Source: Euprymna scolopes
Lineage: Eukaryota
NCBI GenBank assembly: GCA_053919585.1
Contig: CM132788.1
Direction: 5' to 3' (one strand)
DNA: 64,000 nt
Both the position numbers and the translations under genes were made by a program. The notes under the pieces were generated by a model. That model worked only from the letters and a program-made list of their open reading frames with translations. It searched no databases and was not told the origin of the DNA. Of this stretch, positions 26,141 through 38,055 are shown in pieces (position 1 is the stretch's first letter; each line of letters starts with the position of its first letter).

Positions 26141-28798
26141 ATTTAATTTCAAACAAGGCAACCTTCTGAACACTTCAATATTTCAATGGCCCTCTACTTT
26201 CCTTATTTTTATAGCTACTTTTTTGTCGCAATGTTAACAAATTTTACTTCAAATGATCTATTTCAGGACGTTGTATTCTTGACCTTCTCTATTTTTTGTT
26301 ATCATCGACCTCCATACCTACTTTTCTAACAATATTTATTCGTATTTTTTTTTGCATCAACAAAATTGTCATATTTGATATCTATATCTTATAATGATTT
26401 CACATTATAATTTTCAACTATTCTTTCTGTAACATGTTTGAACCATTTTCTCACAAAGACAGGTACTCGAATAAATATTTTGGGTGCCTCTTCGTACCTT
26501 TTTTGGTCTTCCTCCCCATCCTAAGTGACGAGGTTTTATATATTCTCCCATTCTGCATATACAGAAGGTCATTTTACATTTCACATATATTGCCTTTAGC
26601 GAATTCTCCTCTGCGACACACATGATGACCCATTTACTAATTTGCAGGTCAAAATTGACATCACAACCACATATTTCAATTATGAACTTTTGGCTTGAGA
26701 CAGATAATTCAACTTTCATTATCAAACACGTTGTATAAAATGTTTATTTACGACTACTTTTCTCAAACGTACATCAACGAAACTCTGTTTATGTGTTAAA
26801 TATCACTTACTACCTGGTGCACCTTCAATGCTCTCGGTATCCTCATTGATACATTTTACAATGCACTCACACACATTTTTTCTTTCGCTTAAAGAAAATA
26901 TGTATAAGCATTTATAGTAAACATCTGGCATTTCTCAGTTTTCCAGTTTAACTATTGAATCCTCATTCCGTTAAAATTTCCGTTAAAAATGTGAAGCAAT
27001 GAGAAAATAGAAGAGTTTCGTTTTACGTGTATATATTTTTCTCGGTTAAATTGTTGCTTTTCGCTTTACCCGAAGTCACTTTCAGACCTCTATTCAAATG
27101 TGGACACAGAACTGCTTAAGGACATTTACTGTATATTTACAATCAGAGTTAATTAAAAGACCTGTTCAAATAGATACTGCCAACTTTTTTCAGTTTACAT
27201 GCCATATAAGAAATCAGCGTCAAATCCAATCACCTTACAAATAGCCAAAGGCTTTACCACAAACTGACCAGCAATAAACTGTCGTCTATAATTAAGTTAA
27301 ATTAATGTAATTCTCTAAGCAGAATGTGTGTATTACTCAAGAGGCGTGTATATACCGCGCTTGCTTTGTATATGGACTCGATATAAAAGCAAAATATTCT
27401 ATTTTTCTATTTATGTATTTTTATAGAATTCAAATGCAACTCATTATTTCGTAATGCTTGCCTTTATTTTAAAAGCAGACATTTAACAGGAAGCTAATAT
27501 GCAAATGTAGAAACCCTTTTACAGCATATGTGTTTAAACAGTATTGCGTTCATTTCTGGACTCATGTGCTGATAGGAGTTTCTCTAATGATAACTGTTTT
27601 TCTTAACCGCCTTGTATGTAAATATGTTTAAATCTAGATATTGTGTATTTTTTGTTCATTTCAACGATATGCGTTTACGTACAAATATTGAAATTGTGTT
27701 GGAAATATTAGGGGTTATGTTTCTATTTCCGTTTCACTCTTAAGAAATATATTTTGTTTAAATGTTCTACATATTTACACTTATATCTCTTGCATAGTTA
27801 AACTATCGATTTTCAGATTTTAAACCTGAACTGACGATATGACTGTTATTTACTATTTTTATAGATAAGTATAAATGTTTGCAAATTGCGTTATGCTCAG
27901 AGCTATTTTGTTATATACGGTCGATAAAAAACAGGATCGCAATTTTATATTTTTTGCAAGATAGCTCAAGGAATAAAGCAGACTATCGGTCTATGTATAA
28001 GCAATTTTTGTTGAATAAATGTTATGTCTTTGCTTACCTGTTTTATAAGTAACATTTTGTAAAAAAAAAATTAAATGTGTTTCTTAGAAGACACACGAAT
28101 AATTATTTTCTTCGAAAATACCCCAATATAATGTGGTTTACGTTTATTTTATGTTTCCTCGTGAATTTTGCTGACAGTGTTGCAGTGTCCTTCTATATAA
28201 CTTACCTATGAACGCCTAATAAATTTTCAAAGCAAGATGCGATACAATATCGGAAGACGAGAAGAGTCAAATTCACCGCCCTTAAAAAAGGTGTACTTTG
28301 GCCGTTACCAAATTTTCTGTGAAGGACTCTTGAACTTTTCGGTCGGCACGCTGCAGATAGTCATCAGAATTAATAGGTAGAGCCAGATTGAACATTATGT
28401 GGCGTACCCAGGACGACCACTTCCGCACAATGAAGAAAATGCCACAAAATTATAATAACCTACTTTCATTAAAACCTAACATGTCATATATTCGTAATCG
28501 CATCAAATTGACAAATGATTGACATCACGTGATGAAAGATTTACGTTTCCGCATATGCTATATGAGAGATCATGTCATATGTGTTATTGATTGGTTCCTG
28601 CAACTTTGAGAGAATTTGATTATTTATGCGGACGGTTAAACAAGGACTTTCTTACATTAGATTTGAAGAATACCATGTTGTATTCAACCAAGAAGCAAGC
28701 AAGCGGAGCAGGTTTTCACAATGTCTGGAACAAATGGCATTGCTCATTGAATCAACGTTTATATTTTAGCAGAGCTAGTGAGAAAAAAGATTATTGTG

Positions 28799-28937
28799 TG
28801 TTGTGAATATGGATTATCTTATCTTTTATAATCTAAGCTACAAAGCTGTATATTTCCACTTTCAAGTAGACAGGTCACAGGGTCCTTAATTGAATAAAAG
28901 ATTACTAAACGGACTCTCTCATCCTGTTTTCCTTACA
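28799..28937 (+). repeat. 5' LTR (TG...CA, 139 bp)
   Basis: tgttgtgaatatggatt...cttaattgaataaaagattactaaacggactctctcatcctgttttccttaca, homologous to 31107-31231. Confidence 0.85.
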
Positions 28938-31106
28938 ATTTAGTCAATTATAAATACGACAATTTAAAACATATTCAGAAATCTATTCAGTCGACAAGTG
29001 CTGGAAAACTTGGCGGAAGACATTTACAAGTTTAAACGAGTTTCTACATTCAGAAAAACCGGGACGTCCCATCAATAAACGTGCGCTCCTAACTACTGTC
29101 TCACACAATCAACGAAATTATATCAGATTTTATTACCTACGAAGAAACAACCGATGTACTTCACGCTACATACACAAAGCCAAAAATGAGATTTTCAAGC
29201 CGCCAACTTGCGACTCGCCGACAGTAATCAGGCAAAACATGGTACCATATACGTAGGAGCTTCTGGATACTGGTGAAAGATTGAAACTTAAACTCAATGA
29301 CGCATTAGAGGCCCAAAAGCTACATATTGTAGACGCCTTCATTAATGGCTTACATAATGCTCAGATAAGACAAGGTCTTCCTGAGAATCAGACCCTTAAA
29401 TATTAAACAACTTGCGAGCAAACATATCCATTCGAATGTGTTATACAGCAGATTAGTTCTTATTTACAGATAAGCACTGCAGGCGCCGCCCTACCCCAAC
29501 CTGTTCCTTCTGCCCCGCCACTTAATTACGGTAGTCTGACGAAGCCTCAAGAACAATCGCTCACTGCCGCTTTAAAAAGGGGCACCTCTTATTTTTGCGG
29601 CTTATGTAAACGCCTACAAGTTTCATGTCCTGCCAAGGATACCCGTTTTCATAAATGTGCAAAACTTGGTAATTTTAAAACGTATGCGTCTTCTAAAACC
29701 CTAGACAAACCCACTCAAAATACATCTGCGCCATTAGCCGCTTCCCCTGACTGCTTTTCAATAACTATTGTAGAAGGGAAAATTAATGAGAGATCTACGA
29801 ATGCATTGCTCGATACCGGGAGCTCAGAAATGTTATCAAAACAATCTTGGTGATAATCAACAAATTGTATTTTGTCTCCTCCTCCAGCAGGGTAACAATG
29901 GCAAGCGCATTATTGTCTGCACGAAGATGTGATTATTGTTTAGTGGACTTATTATTTAATGACGTTACAACAACACTCACAAATTGAAATTCTGTGTAGA
30001 GGTTTGGAAAATTGTGGATTAGCAACAGCAAAGATCGATTACTCATCACTTTTTCGAAAACCTAACTGAAAAATTCAAACGCATAGCAGTGAGAAGCAAA
30101 CGTTTTTTATTATAAAAAATAAAATAACAAATCATTGACTTTAAGATAAAAAAAGAATACTGGGGAAAGGTATAATTTAACCTTGAAAATCACTCTTGTA
30201 TGCTAAGTTAACAACTTCATAAAAATAGAATGGCTTTAGATTACTCCAATAGAATTACTTTTTTGATGCCTTCCCACTACACAGGGTAGATGAAATGATA
30301 GGCGAACTAGCTAAATATATATTTTTCACGCTTAACCTGAATAGCGCGTATCCTCAGATCGCCATTAGAACAAGAGGCAAGATATACACAGCTTTTAGGC
30401 GATCGGTCGACTATATCAATTTCACAGGATTCATTTTAGCGTTGCGACCAGGGTTGTAAGCTTCCAAAGGATAGTCGAACAAATCATAAGGGACAAAGAA
30501 CTTGAAGGCATATTTGCATACATTAAGAACGTCACAATATATGGTCATGAGAAAGAGACACGACGAACATGTCACACGGTTCCTGTCCGCCATCGACAAA
30601 TACATCCTTACCTTTAAACGACGACAAATGCTTGTTAGAACTAGCCAAACAAGCTTACTGGGGTATGACATACGCGAAGGTTTTATAGCATCGAACAAAT
30701 ATCGATTGAAACCTTTACTCCAAATGCCTGTCCCTCACAATCGACCTTACCTTTCGACGTTCTATGGACATGCTTGCTTACTATTTCCAGTCTATCCCAT
30801 CGTTCTCAGAAAAGATATACCCATTCGCACAAGTAAAGACGTTTGCTCTGTCTCAACAGATAAAACTAGCACCGAAAAAAAACTTGTTCACTCAGAGACT
30901 GACTCATACGCGGAAGAGCCTGCTCCTCTAATATTTTGGAATGGGGTATTTTAGAGCCTGCAGACAGGCTCACACTGAAGAGCCTCCCTGCTTGAGTACT
31001 CTGACCCCGAATCATTGACTGCCGAGGCGACCATCGCGAGCTCGCAAGTGGCCTGGACATTTAAGAGACTTCCGTTCTTATCAGTGAGTTATTTGGTGGT
31101 GGAGAA

Positions 31107-31231
31107 TGTTATGAACATGGATTGTCTCCTCTTTGAGAATCCGAGCTATAAAAGCTTTACATGACGTGTATGAGATGCTTAATTGAATAAATGATTACTA
31201 TACGGAATCTCTTATACTGTCTTCTATTACA
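31107..31231 (+). repeat. 3' LTR (TG...CA, 125 bp) with TATAAAA and AATAAA
   Basis: tgttatgaacatggatt...gctataaaag...cttaattgaataaatgattactatacggaatctcttatactgtcttctattaca, preceded by a polypurine tract. Confidence 0.85.
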
Positions 31232-31935
31232 TAGTGGTTGTAGCTAGAGAATTGATTCTGTTAAAGTTTGGAAATGGGGGGGCATAGTTTGGAGTTCGTG
31301 GAGCACATGTTATAAAACAAAGACACGCCTGTGAAAGGCTCACCACGTCTCTTAGGTGGGGGGAAAGGTTGCAGCAAAGAGAAAATATTTTATTTTTTCT
31401 TTCTATTAATGATTACTTTATTTTGCTTTAGCTTATTTATTTTATTTCAACTTTTAGTTTTGTTTCAGATGAGAATCCGGATGTTGCATTATCCAGAAGC
31501 TTTAGATTGCACGTAAATCTGTTAACCGACACGATAGATCTAATTTAACGCGGAGATTGGGAGACCAATCTTACATATCGATAACTTCAACAAACACCTG
31601 AATAAAAGTAGCTGTCCGGAAAGTTAAATTAATTATATCAAAAATATTGAATCACTACGCATTTATTTCTGATAAAATCGAAGATACAATTGCATATCGC
31701 ATGAACAAAATTGTATAATTTCCTTCACGATTGACTAATTTGCTAAAATTACTTGTGCATATTAATTAAGTAATTTTCCATCAAAGGTTTCTTACACGGC
31801 ACAACCTTGGAATTGACCTAAGTTAAACTGATTCTCAAAGTTAGACAAAAGAATCGTGAATGCTACCATACGCCATGCAATGACTTCCTTCACAAAACAG
31901 TATTATTATTAAATAATATTATCAATATTCTGAAA

Positions 31936-31966
<31 letters not shown>

Positions 31967-32017
31967 ACTGTTGTTGTTGTTGGTGGTGGTGTTGGTGTTG
32001 TTGTTGTTGTTGTTGTT

Positions 32018-32215
32018 GAGACGCCCACTAATTAACATAGGCGGGTGAGTGAGATATATAAAAGTATCAATCACCAATACCGGGGGTTCGACAACGGCTG
32101 CCAAATAGGCAAGACACCTATGCTGCTTCTAGTAAGAAATGCAACACGCCACCTGCCGGAATATCTCCAACTGAAGTATATCTATAGACATGTAAATATG
32201 TATATAACTTTTCTT
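32018..32215 (-). repeat. Dispersed repeat, copy 2 of the 3378-3554 family, with a (CAA/TAA)n tail at 31937-32017
   Basis: Reverse-complement match to 3378-3554. Trinucleotide microsatellites on both sides (31937-32017 and 32282-32330). Confidence 0.85.
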
Positions 32216-34104
32216 CCTAATATATTATTGTATACCTTTACTATCGTGTTCTTGTTAATTATTTGTGCAGACACAACACTCATTATTATTATCATTATTA
32301 TTATTATTATTAGTAGTAGTAGTAGTAGTATCAATACCCACATTTTCTCAGCTGAAGTGGTTTTTCTTAATTTTGGGTTAAGTCAAAAACGAAACAAATG
32401 CAACCAGCAAGAAACCTGGAATTGCTCGGCATTGTCCACATGATAAAAAGATCTAATTAAGCTTTATCTGAACCATTATTTACGTAAGTATTCGACAGGA
32501 AGTTGAGTCAAAATATGTTCAGAAACATTTTAACATTTGACTGAACGAGTAACTTCCGGTCGGATAACTTTACCTTCGCCTTGCTTATTTTATAAAGATT
32601 AAATGAGCCAATTATGTACAGGTAACTTAATCAGGACAAACGCAAGAAAGATCGCACACACCTACGCCTCCTGGAAAGATAATTCACGTAAAGAAAACCA
32701 CCCAGTGCATCCCTTAACTTGATCTTGCTGTTTCATTCAGCGCACTTAGTAATACATACAACATAAATGCGGTCGACCATAGAAATTCAGAAGAATAGAA
32801 ATTAAGTCAGTTACCTTTAACAGTGATACTTATCATGCTTATCTCCATAGTCTCCAAGACTGATGAATGCCCTAAACTACGAAATTATTCGTTGAGAGAT
32901 TACAATTAGAGTATAAAGCTGTTTGTAACATTATCAGTGTTTAAATGATCAAACTTATTATATATAACATTACCTATTTTCTATGTATATTATTATATAA
33001 AACGTTACCTATTTGCTATATAGCGCATGATTGTTTAATATTAGAACAAGTATTTAGTAGACGCATTTTACTATTGAGTATCAAAATTTAACACAAAATT
33101 TATTTTAAAATGTTTATGATAAATTGTTATAAATTTGTATATTAATGTAGGATGACTTGCTCACATGAACGTTATTGCGTTACTTTTTGTAATTGCATTA
33201 AACTAGCTTGCGTATCAATAATACTTAACACTTTGCGTTAGTAAGAGTAATATCAGTAGGAATCAGTTAAGGATTTTAATTTCTCGTTGAAGGCGTCTCC
33301 ATGGTATGCAATTGTAACGAACTCAGTTTAAAAGAATGTGCGTGTTTAATAATGTGTTACGTAAGGGTTAGAGGTTAACAAAAACCTATACGTTGCATGC
33401 AGTTTGAAAGGAATACCAACGAAAAAAATCAACTCATTTTCTGCTAGTTGAAAATGAAATACATTTATTAACAGTGTTTTCCAGACAGTGTATTTCATTA
33501 TATTTTTAAAAGTCCTTCAGTAAGCCATGTAGTTGAGAGATCTGTGCTGTGTTGACAAGTCGCTTACATCACCACATGGTTAAATGGCTATCTCGTACCG
33601 GCAAAATATCCTATACTCTCATCATGTGGTGCTTTATTTCCTCTCTTTTCCTTCTCTTCCTCTGCTGCTATGTCAGAATACACGGCCTTCAACATAAGTG
33701 TCATGAGACTCCTACTATGGTGCTATTAGATCGGGTTGTCTTAAAATATTGGCCTCCTGAGACGAAATGCACCTAAAATTGATGCTTTCTGTTTTTCTAC
33801 TTCCTTCGGCAAAACTTAATCATGTTCTGCAAAACCAAGAACAAAAACAACAACCCGCCTTTCCCTTTTTTCTTCTTCCCATTTCCCTTTTCTCTTTCTA
33901 TTCCCTCGCCTCCTGACTGTTTTCCTAACTTACAATGTAGAAAACATTAATACTGTCACATGTTTCCCTGTCACATTAAAGACCTCATTCATGTTCTGCA
34001 GGACAGGGAACAAAAATGATAAAATTTACTATAAAACAACCATACAAAACACTACAAACCAGCGATTGAAAATACAAAGAGCTTCAAAAATTAAAACTTT
34101 CTAC

Positions 34105-34192
34105 AAAATAACTGGATGCAACATGAATACTATTTCCATAAAAAACTGGAGTCGGCATTAAATAACCCGAAAATGGTTGATATGCCGTAAAG
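34105..34192 (+). mobile_element. SINE-like 3' fragment
   Basis: tcggcattaaataacccgaaaatggttgatatgccgtaaa is homologous to tcggcatgaaatgacatgaaaaaggttgatatgccataaa at ~52927. Confidence 0.55.
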
Positions 34193-34421
34193 TATTTTCT
34201 CCAGACGCAAGACTCTTACTAACTACCTATCAGTGGCTTTGTTACATTTTTTTATGAAATGAAAGAGATTATTAATACTTATTTTTATTCGACAAGTAAT
34301 TATATTTCTAAACATTACCAGTTAATGCGTTTAATCCTGATTTTACTGATAAAAAAAATCATGAAATTTACTTTTAGTTTAGAAAAGTATGCCAAGCATC
34401 AAGCCCCCACCTCAAATATCG

Positions 34422-34423
<2 letters not shown>

Positions 34424-34480
<57 letters not shown>

Positions 34481-35444
34481 CGAAACTGTATGTATGTATG
34501 TATGTATGTATGTTCGCTTTTTGTGTATGTCTGTAAAAGGCCTTTTTCGCTGGACATTTCGGTCGGCTCGTTCCTTCTTAAAACTGTTTATATCACGTAT
34601 AAATGATAATATATATGAGTTACGAACGGGGGTCGCCTGCCAATTTTACGTGCTATTTTTTGCCAAACTTTTAGAGCGTCCCCTGTATCTTTCGCGTTTC
34701 ATTATAAAACAAGCGAAAACTGGCTTGCAGCTGCGTCATGTTTCAAGCTCAAACATCACACGACTTAAGGTTCTCGCACCTGTGTATTTCATTTTAAATT
34801 AAAATGATTTTTGTTCCTCTTCTCTCGGGGCCGAGATGCCTTAATCCCAGGGTTTTTTTCCATTCCCTTTCCATCTCCACGTCAAAGGTTAATAGTAAAT
34901 ATACGAGAGTATACCGAAAAATGTCAAGAAAAGATGAGAAGGGAGAGAAAATTAAGCTTAAAAATATTCACCGATTACAAGACAGATCGTTATCTTTACG
35001 CTAAAAAATAAACTGCCATTTTCTTTTTTGTATTATTAACACATGACCTCCTGTTAATCTGGAGGGGGCGGGTTGACGGACGAGGCCGTTTGAATTAGCT
35101 TCTTTCTAAGAACTGCACGCCTGTGGAACTCTGTTCCGTCTGCCTGCTTCCCACCAGACTATAACTTGGATGTCTTCAAGTCCAATGTTAACACATTCCT
35201 AATGAACCGCCCCCCTTAAGTAAACACTTCGTCAAATCTCCACATTAACGTAATGTACTTGCAATAACCCTATCCCTGAGTGGCTTCCGGGCCTTGATAA
35301 GTGGTGATCACTGTGTAAAAATTATTTTTTTCTTTTACACCTCCAACACCGGGCCAACGTTTTTTTTTAAACAGGGTTGTTTTGATCAATCCCCCACAAC
35401 ACACACCTACAAACACCCGAGCTACGCCGAGTACCCCCCTCTAG
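34424..35444 (+). mobile_element. Non-autonomous Helitron, family H1 copy 1, with an internal ~430-bp insertion
   Basis: Ends in cccgagctacgccgagtacccccctCTAG|T (subterminal hairpin plus CTAG). Starts in (TA)n followed by (TATG)n. Collinear homology to 48997-49522. Confidence 0.75.
35097..35320 (+). mobile_element. Short 3' fragment of a CR1/L2-group LINE (related to subfamily B) inside Helitron H1
   Basis: SFFLRTARLWNSVPSACFPPDYNLDVFKSNVNTFL*, plus the 3' UTR taaccctatccctgagtggcttccgggccttgataagtggtgat, which is homologous to the reverse complement of 25018-25063. Confidence 0.85.
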
Positions 35445-36405
35445 TCTAATATATATAAGACAAAATATGTGTGAGTGCGTGTGTGCGTTTGTATGTCCGC
35501 TAAAAGCTTTCGACAGACTGAACAAAAATGAACAAACTTGGTATCAGAAAAAAGCACCACCCTCCGGACGACGAAATTTTGCCCCAAAAGGACCACTAGA
35601 AGTGGGCCAGCTAACCGATTTTCTGCAAGGGGCCCCAAAAAGTGACATTTTAACGTTAAACATTATGTATTTTTTAATCGATTTATGATTACCCCCCCCC
35701 CAACAAAAAAAAACGGGCCCCAACTTTACCACATAAAGTGTACACGGGGCCCGTTTTATTGCATCACCCTGCATTCAAAAACCGCTGAGTCATGTCACGT
35801 GATCTTGACGTCAGCAAGCTGTAATGGCGACGTTTGTATTAAGAGACTGTTAGTATCGGACAAGTTAATAGACTAACTGTCAGTATCGTACAAATTAATA
35901 TATAATCTTACAGGTCATGAACATGTTTCCAACGTGATTAAATGGTTAAAAATAGTAAATATACGAGAGTATAACGAAACATGTCAAGAAAAAATGAGAA
36001 GGGGGAGAAAATTAAGCTTAAAAATATTCACCGATTACAAGACAGATCGTTATCTTTACGCTAAAAAATAAACAGCCATTTCCTTTTTTATTATTAACAC
36101 ATGACCCTCTGTTAATCTGGAGGGCACCGGGTTGACGGACGAGGCCGCTTAAAGTACTTGTATAATCGGTATTACATTTCTTTCGCTAAACATTTCATAA
36201 GCAAAAATGATAAGTTAATTAAAAAGATACGCTTAAATATATTTAGCATGAGACGACCGACGCCCGTTTGCACACCAAAACAATACAAAAAGAACGGCTT
36301 TTTTATATTAGTTACGCTATGACCTAATTCTATTTAGAGGGAGGAAGGTGGGAGACATAATATGTGTTAGTGGGAGGGGGGCGAAAGATAAAACCGCTTT
36401 ATTTC

Positions 36406-36447
36406 TAAGAACATATACTATGCTTTGATCTTAGCCAAAAGACCAAG
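36406..36447 (-). pseudogene. U2: U2 snRNA 5' fragment (stem-loop I and branch-point recognition region), degenerate
   Basis: Minus strand CTTGGTCTTTTGGCTAAGATCAAAGCATAGTATATGTTCTTA vs invertebrate U2 CTCGGCCTTTTGGCTAAGATCAAAGTGTAGTATCTGTTCTTA (5 mismatches in 42 nt; reference recalled from memory). Confidence 0.85.
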
Positions 36448-36654
36448 TAAAAAAAGATGCGTATTATATATTTTTCGTATATAAAATTAAGAAAAGATGT
36501 CATCTTCCAAACATTACAAGTCGCTAAACTGCTGATTCCAAATTCTAAAATATAAACATTATTATTCAGAAAGCCATTCTTAGTATTGAGGGGGTATGTT
36601 TTTTTTTTATATACTCTTCAGTTAAGGAGGAAGACTTTAAGGAATTCATATAAA

Positions 36655-37110
36655 ACTAGTATGTACTAGCAGATTACCTGACGTAAGTGGAAATACATTG
36701 AATGTTTCCTAGCAAATTACCCAGCGTTGTCTGGGATCGGATAAGATTGGTTGATATATGTACTAGCCTAATGCCCGGCATATGTACTAGCAGAATACCC
36801 GGCATAGGACAGGATTGGATAAAATTGGTGTATATGTACTAGCAACATACCCAGCGTCGCCCGGAATTGTATGGCATAGCACTAGCACGACATATATACT
36901 AGCTGATAACCCGACATAGCTTGCCCTTTGATTGAATTAGACTGATTGAAATATATACTAACATAATACATTGCATCACCCAGGATTTAATGAGATTGAT
37001 TGGGATATATTCTAGCAAAACACCCAGCGTTGCCTGGGATTGAATGAAATAGGTGAGAATATATATTAGTAAAATACCTTATATCGCTTGGGATTTGATG
37101 AGATAAATGC
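36655..37110 (-). repeat. ~53-bp tandem array whose units are Helitron-type 3' termini, ~10 units
   Basis: Plus-strand units tactagca..tacccagcgttgcctgggatt are the reverse complement of cccrggcaacgcygggta..tgCTAGTa. Starts at ~36664, 36708, 36761, 36785, 36837, 36881, 36897, 36956, 37010 and 37063. Confidence 0.75.
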
Positions 37111-38055
37111 GTTGTATATTATCCGTCCTTTCATATACATGCTATAAATGACCTACCCTAGATAAGCTACAATTATTTCATATGTGTAATACCCGTCTTA
37201 TGTAGGTAACATACTCTTTTGTTCGAAATAACAAATGATACATAAACATACAAGATTCCTCTCTCATAAGAATCACAAATATATTACAAAACCAAATTCA
37301 ATTTTCTCATTGTTTATATGGCCCGAGCAACGCCGGGTAGCCCCGCTAGTTGAATAAAAAAGGGAGGATGAATTATTAAAAATTTAATCGTATTGTTTGT
37401 GTTATTAGCAATGAACAATCATTACCGTGTTTCAGCATGAGTACATTTGTAGTTACACTAAACCGAAAGTAGACTACCTAAAGCTAAATATGTATTAATA
37501 TATGGACATCATAAATTTCATAATAGAAAGACATGACCACATATCTCTAAAAAAAAAAATCGAGATTATAAAGGGCAATATGTTTATCATCAAATTCAAA
37601 ATATTCTTTGGGAATGATCTTGGAGGAAAGAGTTAACCATGTTTATATGTTTATATCGCTGAAGACACAAATGATTAAATAACGATACACGACCATTGAA
37701 CAATAACTGTAGTTTAAGAGAGAATATTTTAAAGTATGATATTACACAGATGTTGAAAGAATTTTTCATAATTTTATTCCTTTCGATAAGCATCGGACAT
37801 TTATAGTAAATCTTAAATTTCAATATCTAAAATGATCATTTGATTATTTAATTTCAAATTACCAACATATGTAAGCTTATTATTTTTATTTCTAAATGTA
37901 AATGCAACAATATCATTTACATTTAACAATGGGAAATGTTCTACGAATAGTTACTTCTTATAATGCGGATATAACCTACGTTATATCAAACGTCTGTTCT
38001 GTAATATTAAATTACGGAAAAATATTTCATTCTAAATATTTAGTAAACAGTTAAA

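Larger units (their letters stand above)
28799..31231 (+). mobile_element. Internally deleted Ty3/Gypsy LTR retrotransposon (gag, protease, RT; RNase H and integrase largely missing)
   Basis: Gag-like WKTWRKTF, AFINGL..QIRQGL and decayed zinc knuckles YFCG..CPAK..KCAKLGNF. Protease ALLDTGSS at ~29803. RT segments DAFPLHRVDEMI..LNLNSAYPQI and HDEHVTRFL..SLLGY..RLKPLLQMPVP. Paired LTRs, PPT ggtggtggagaa at 31095-31106, TSD TTGTG/TAGTG. Confidence 0.9.
35445..37349 (+). mobile_element. Probable second non-autonomous Helitron (H2), possibly composite
   Basis: Begins TCTAATATATATAAG followed by GT-rich repeats immediately after the H1 CTAG. A terminus cccgagcaacgccgggtagccccgCTAG|T lies at 37322-37350. 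Pairing these two ends is an inference. Confidence 0.55.

Noticed and set aside
32855-32900. Hammerhead-like core ctgatga...cgaaa
   Set aside because: Stem II (atgccctaaactac) cannot pair, and no stem III or cleavage triplet was found. The similar motif at ~13070-13098 also fails.
34259-34802. ORFs with YIYIYI runs (also 42040-42270 and 63619-63801) and poly-N/T/I ORFs at 18734 and 31922-32443
   Set aside because: These are translations of microsatellites.
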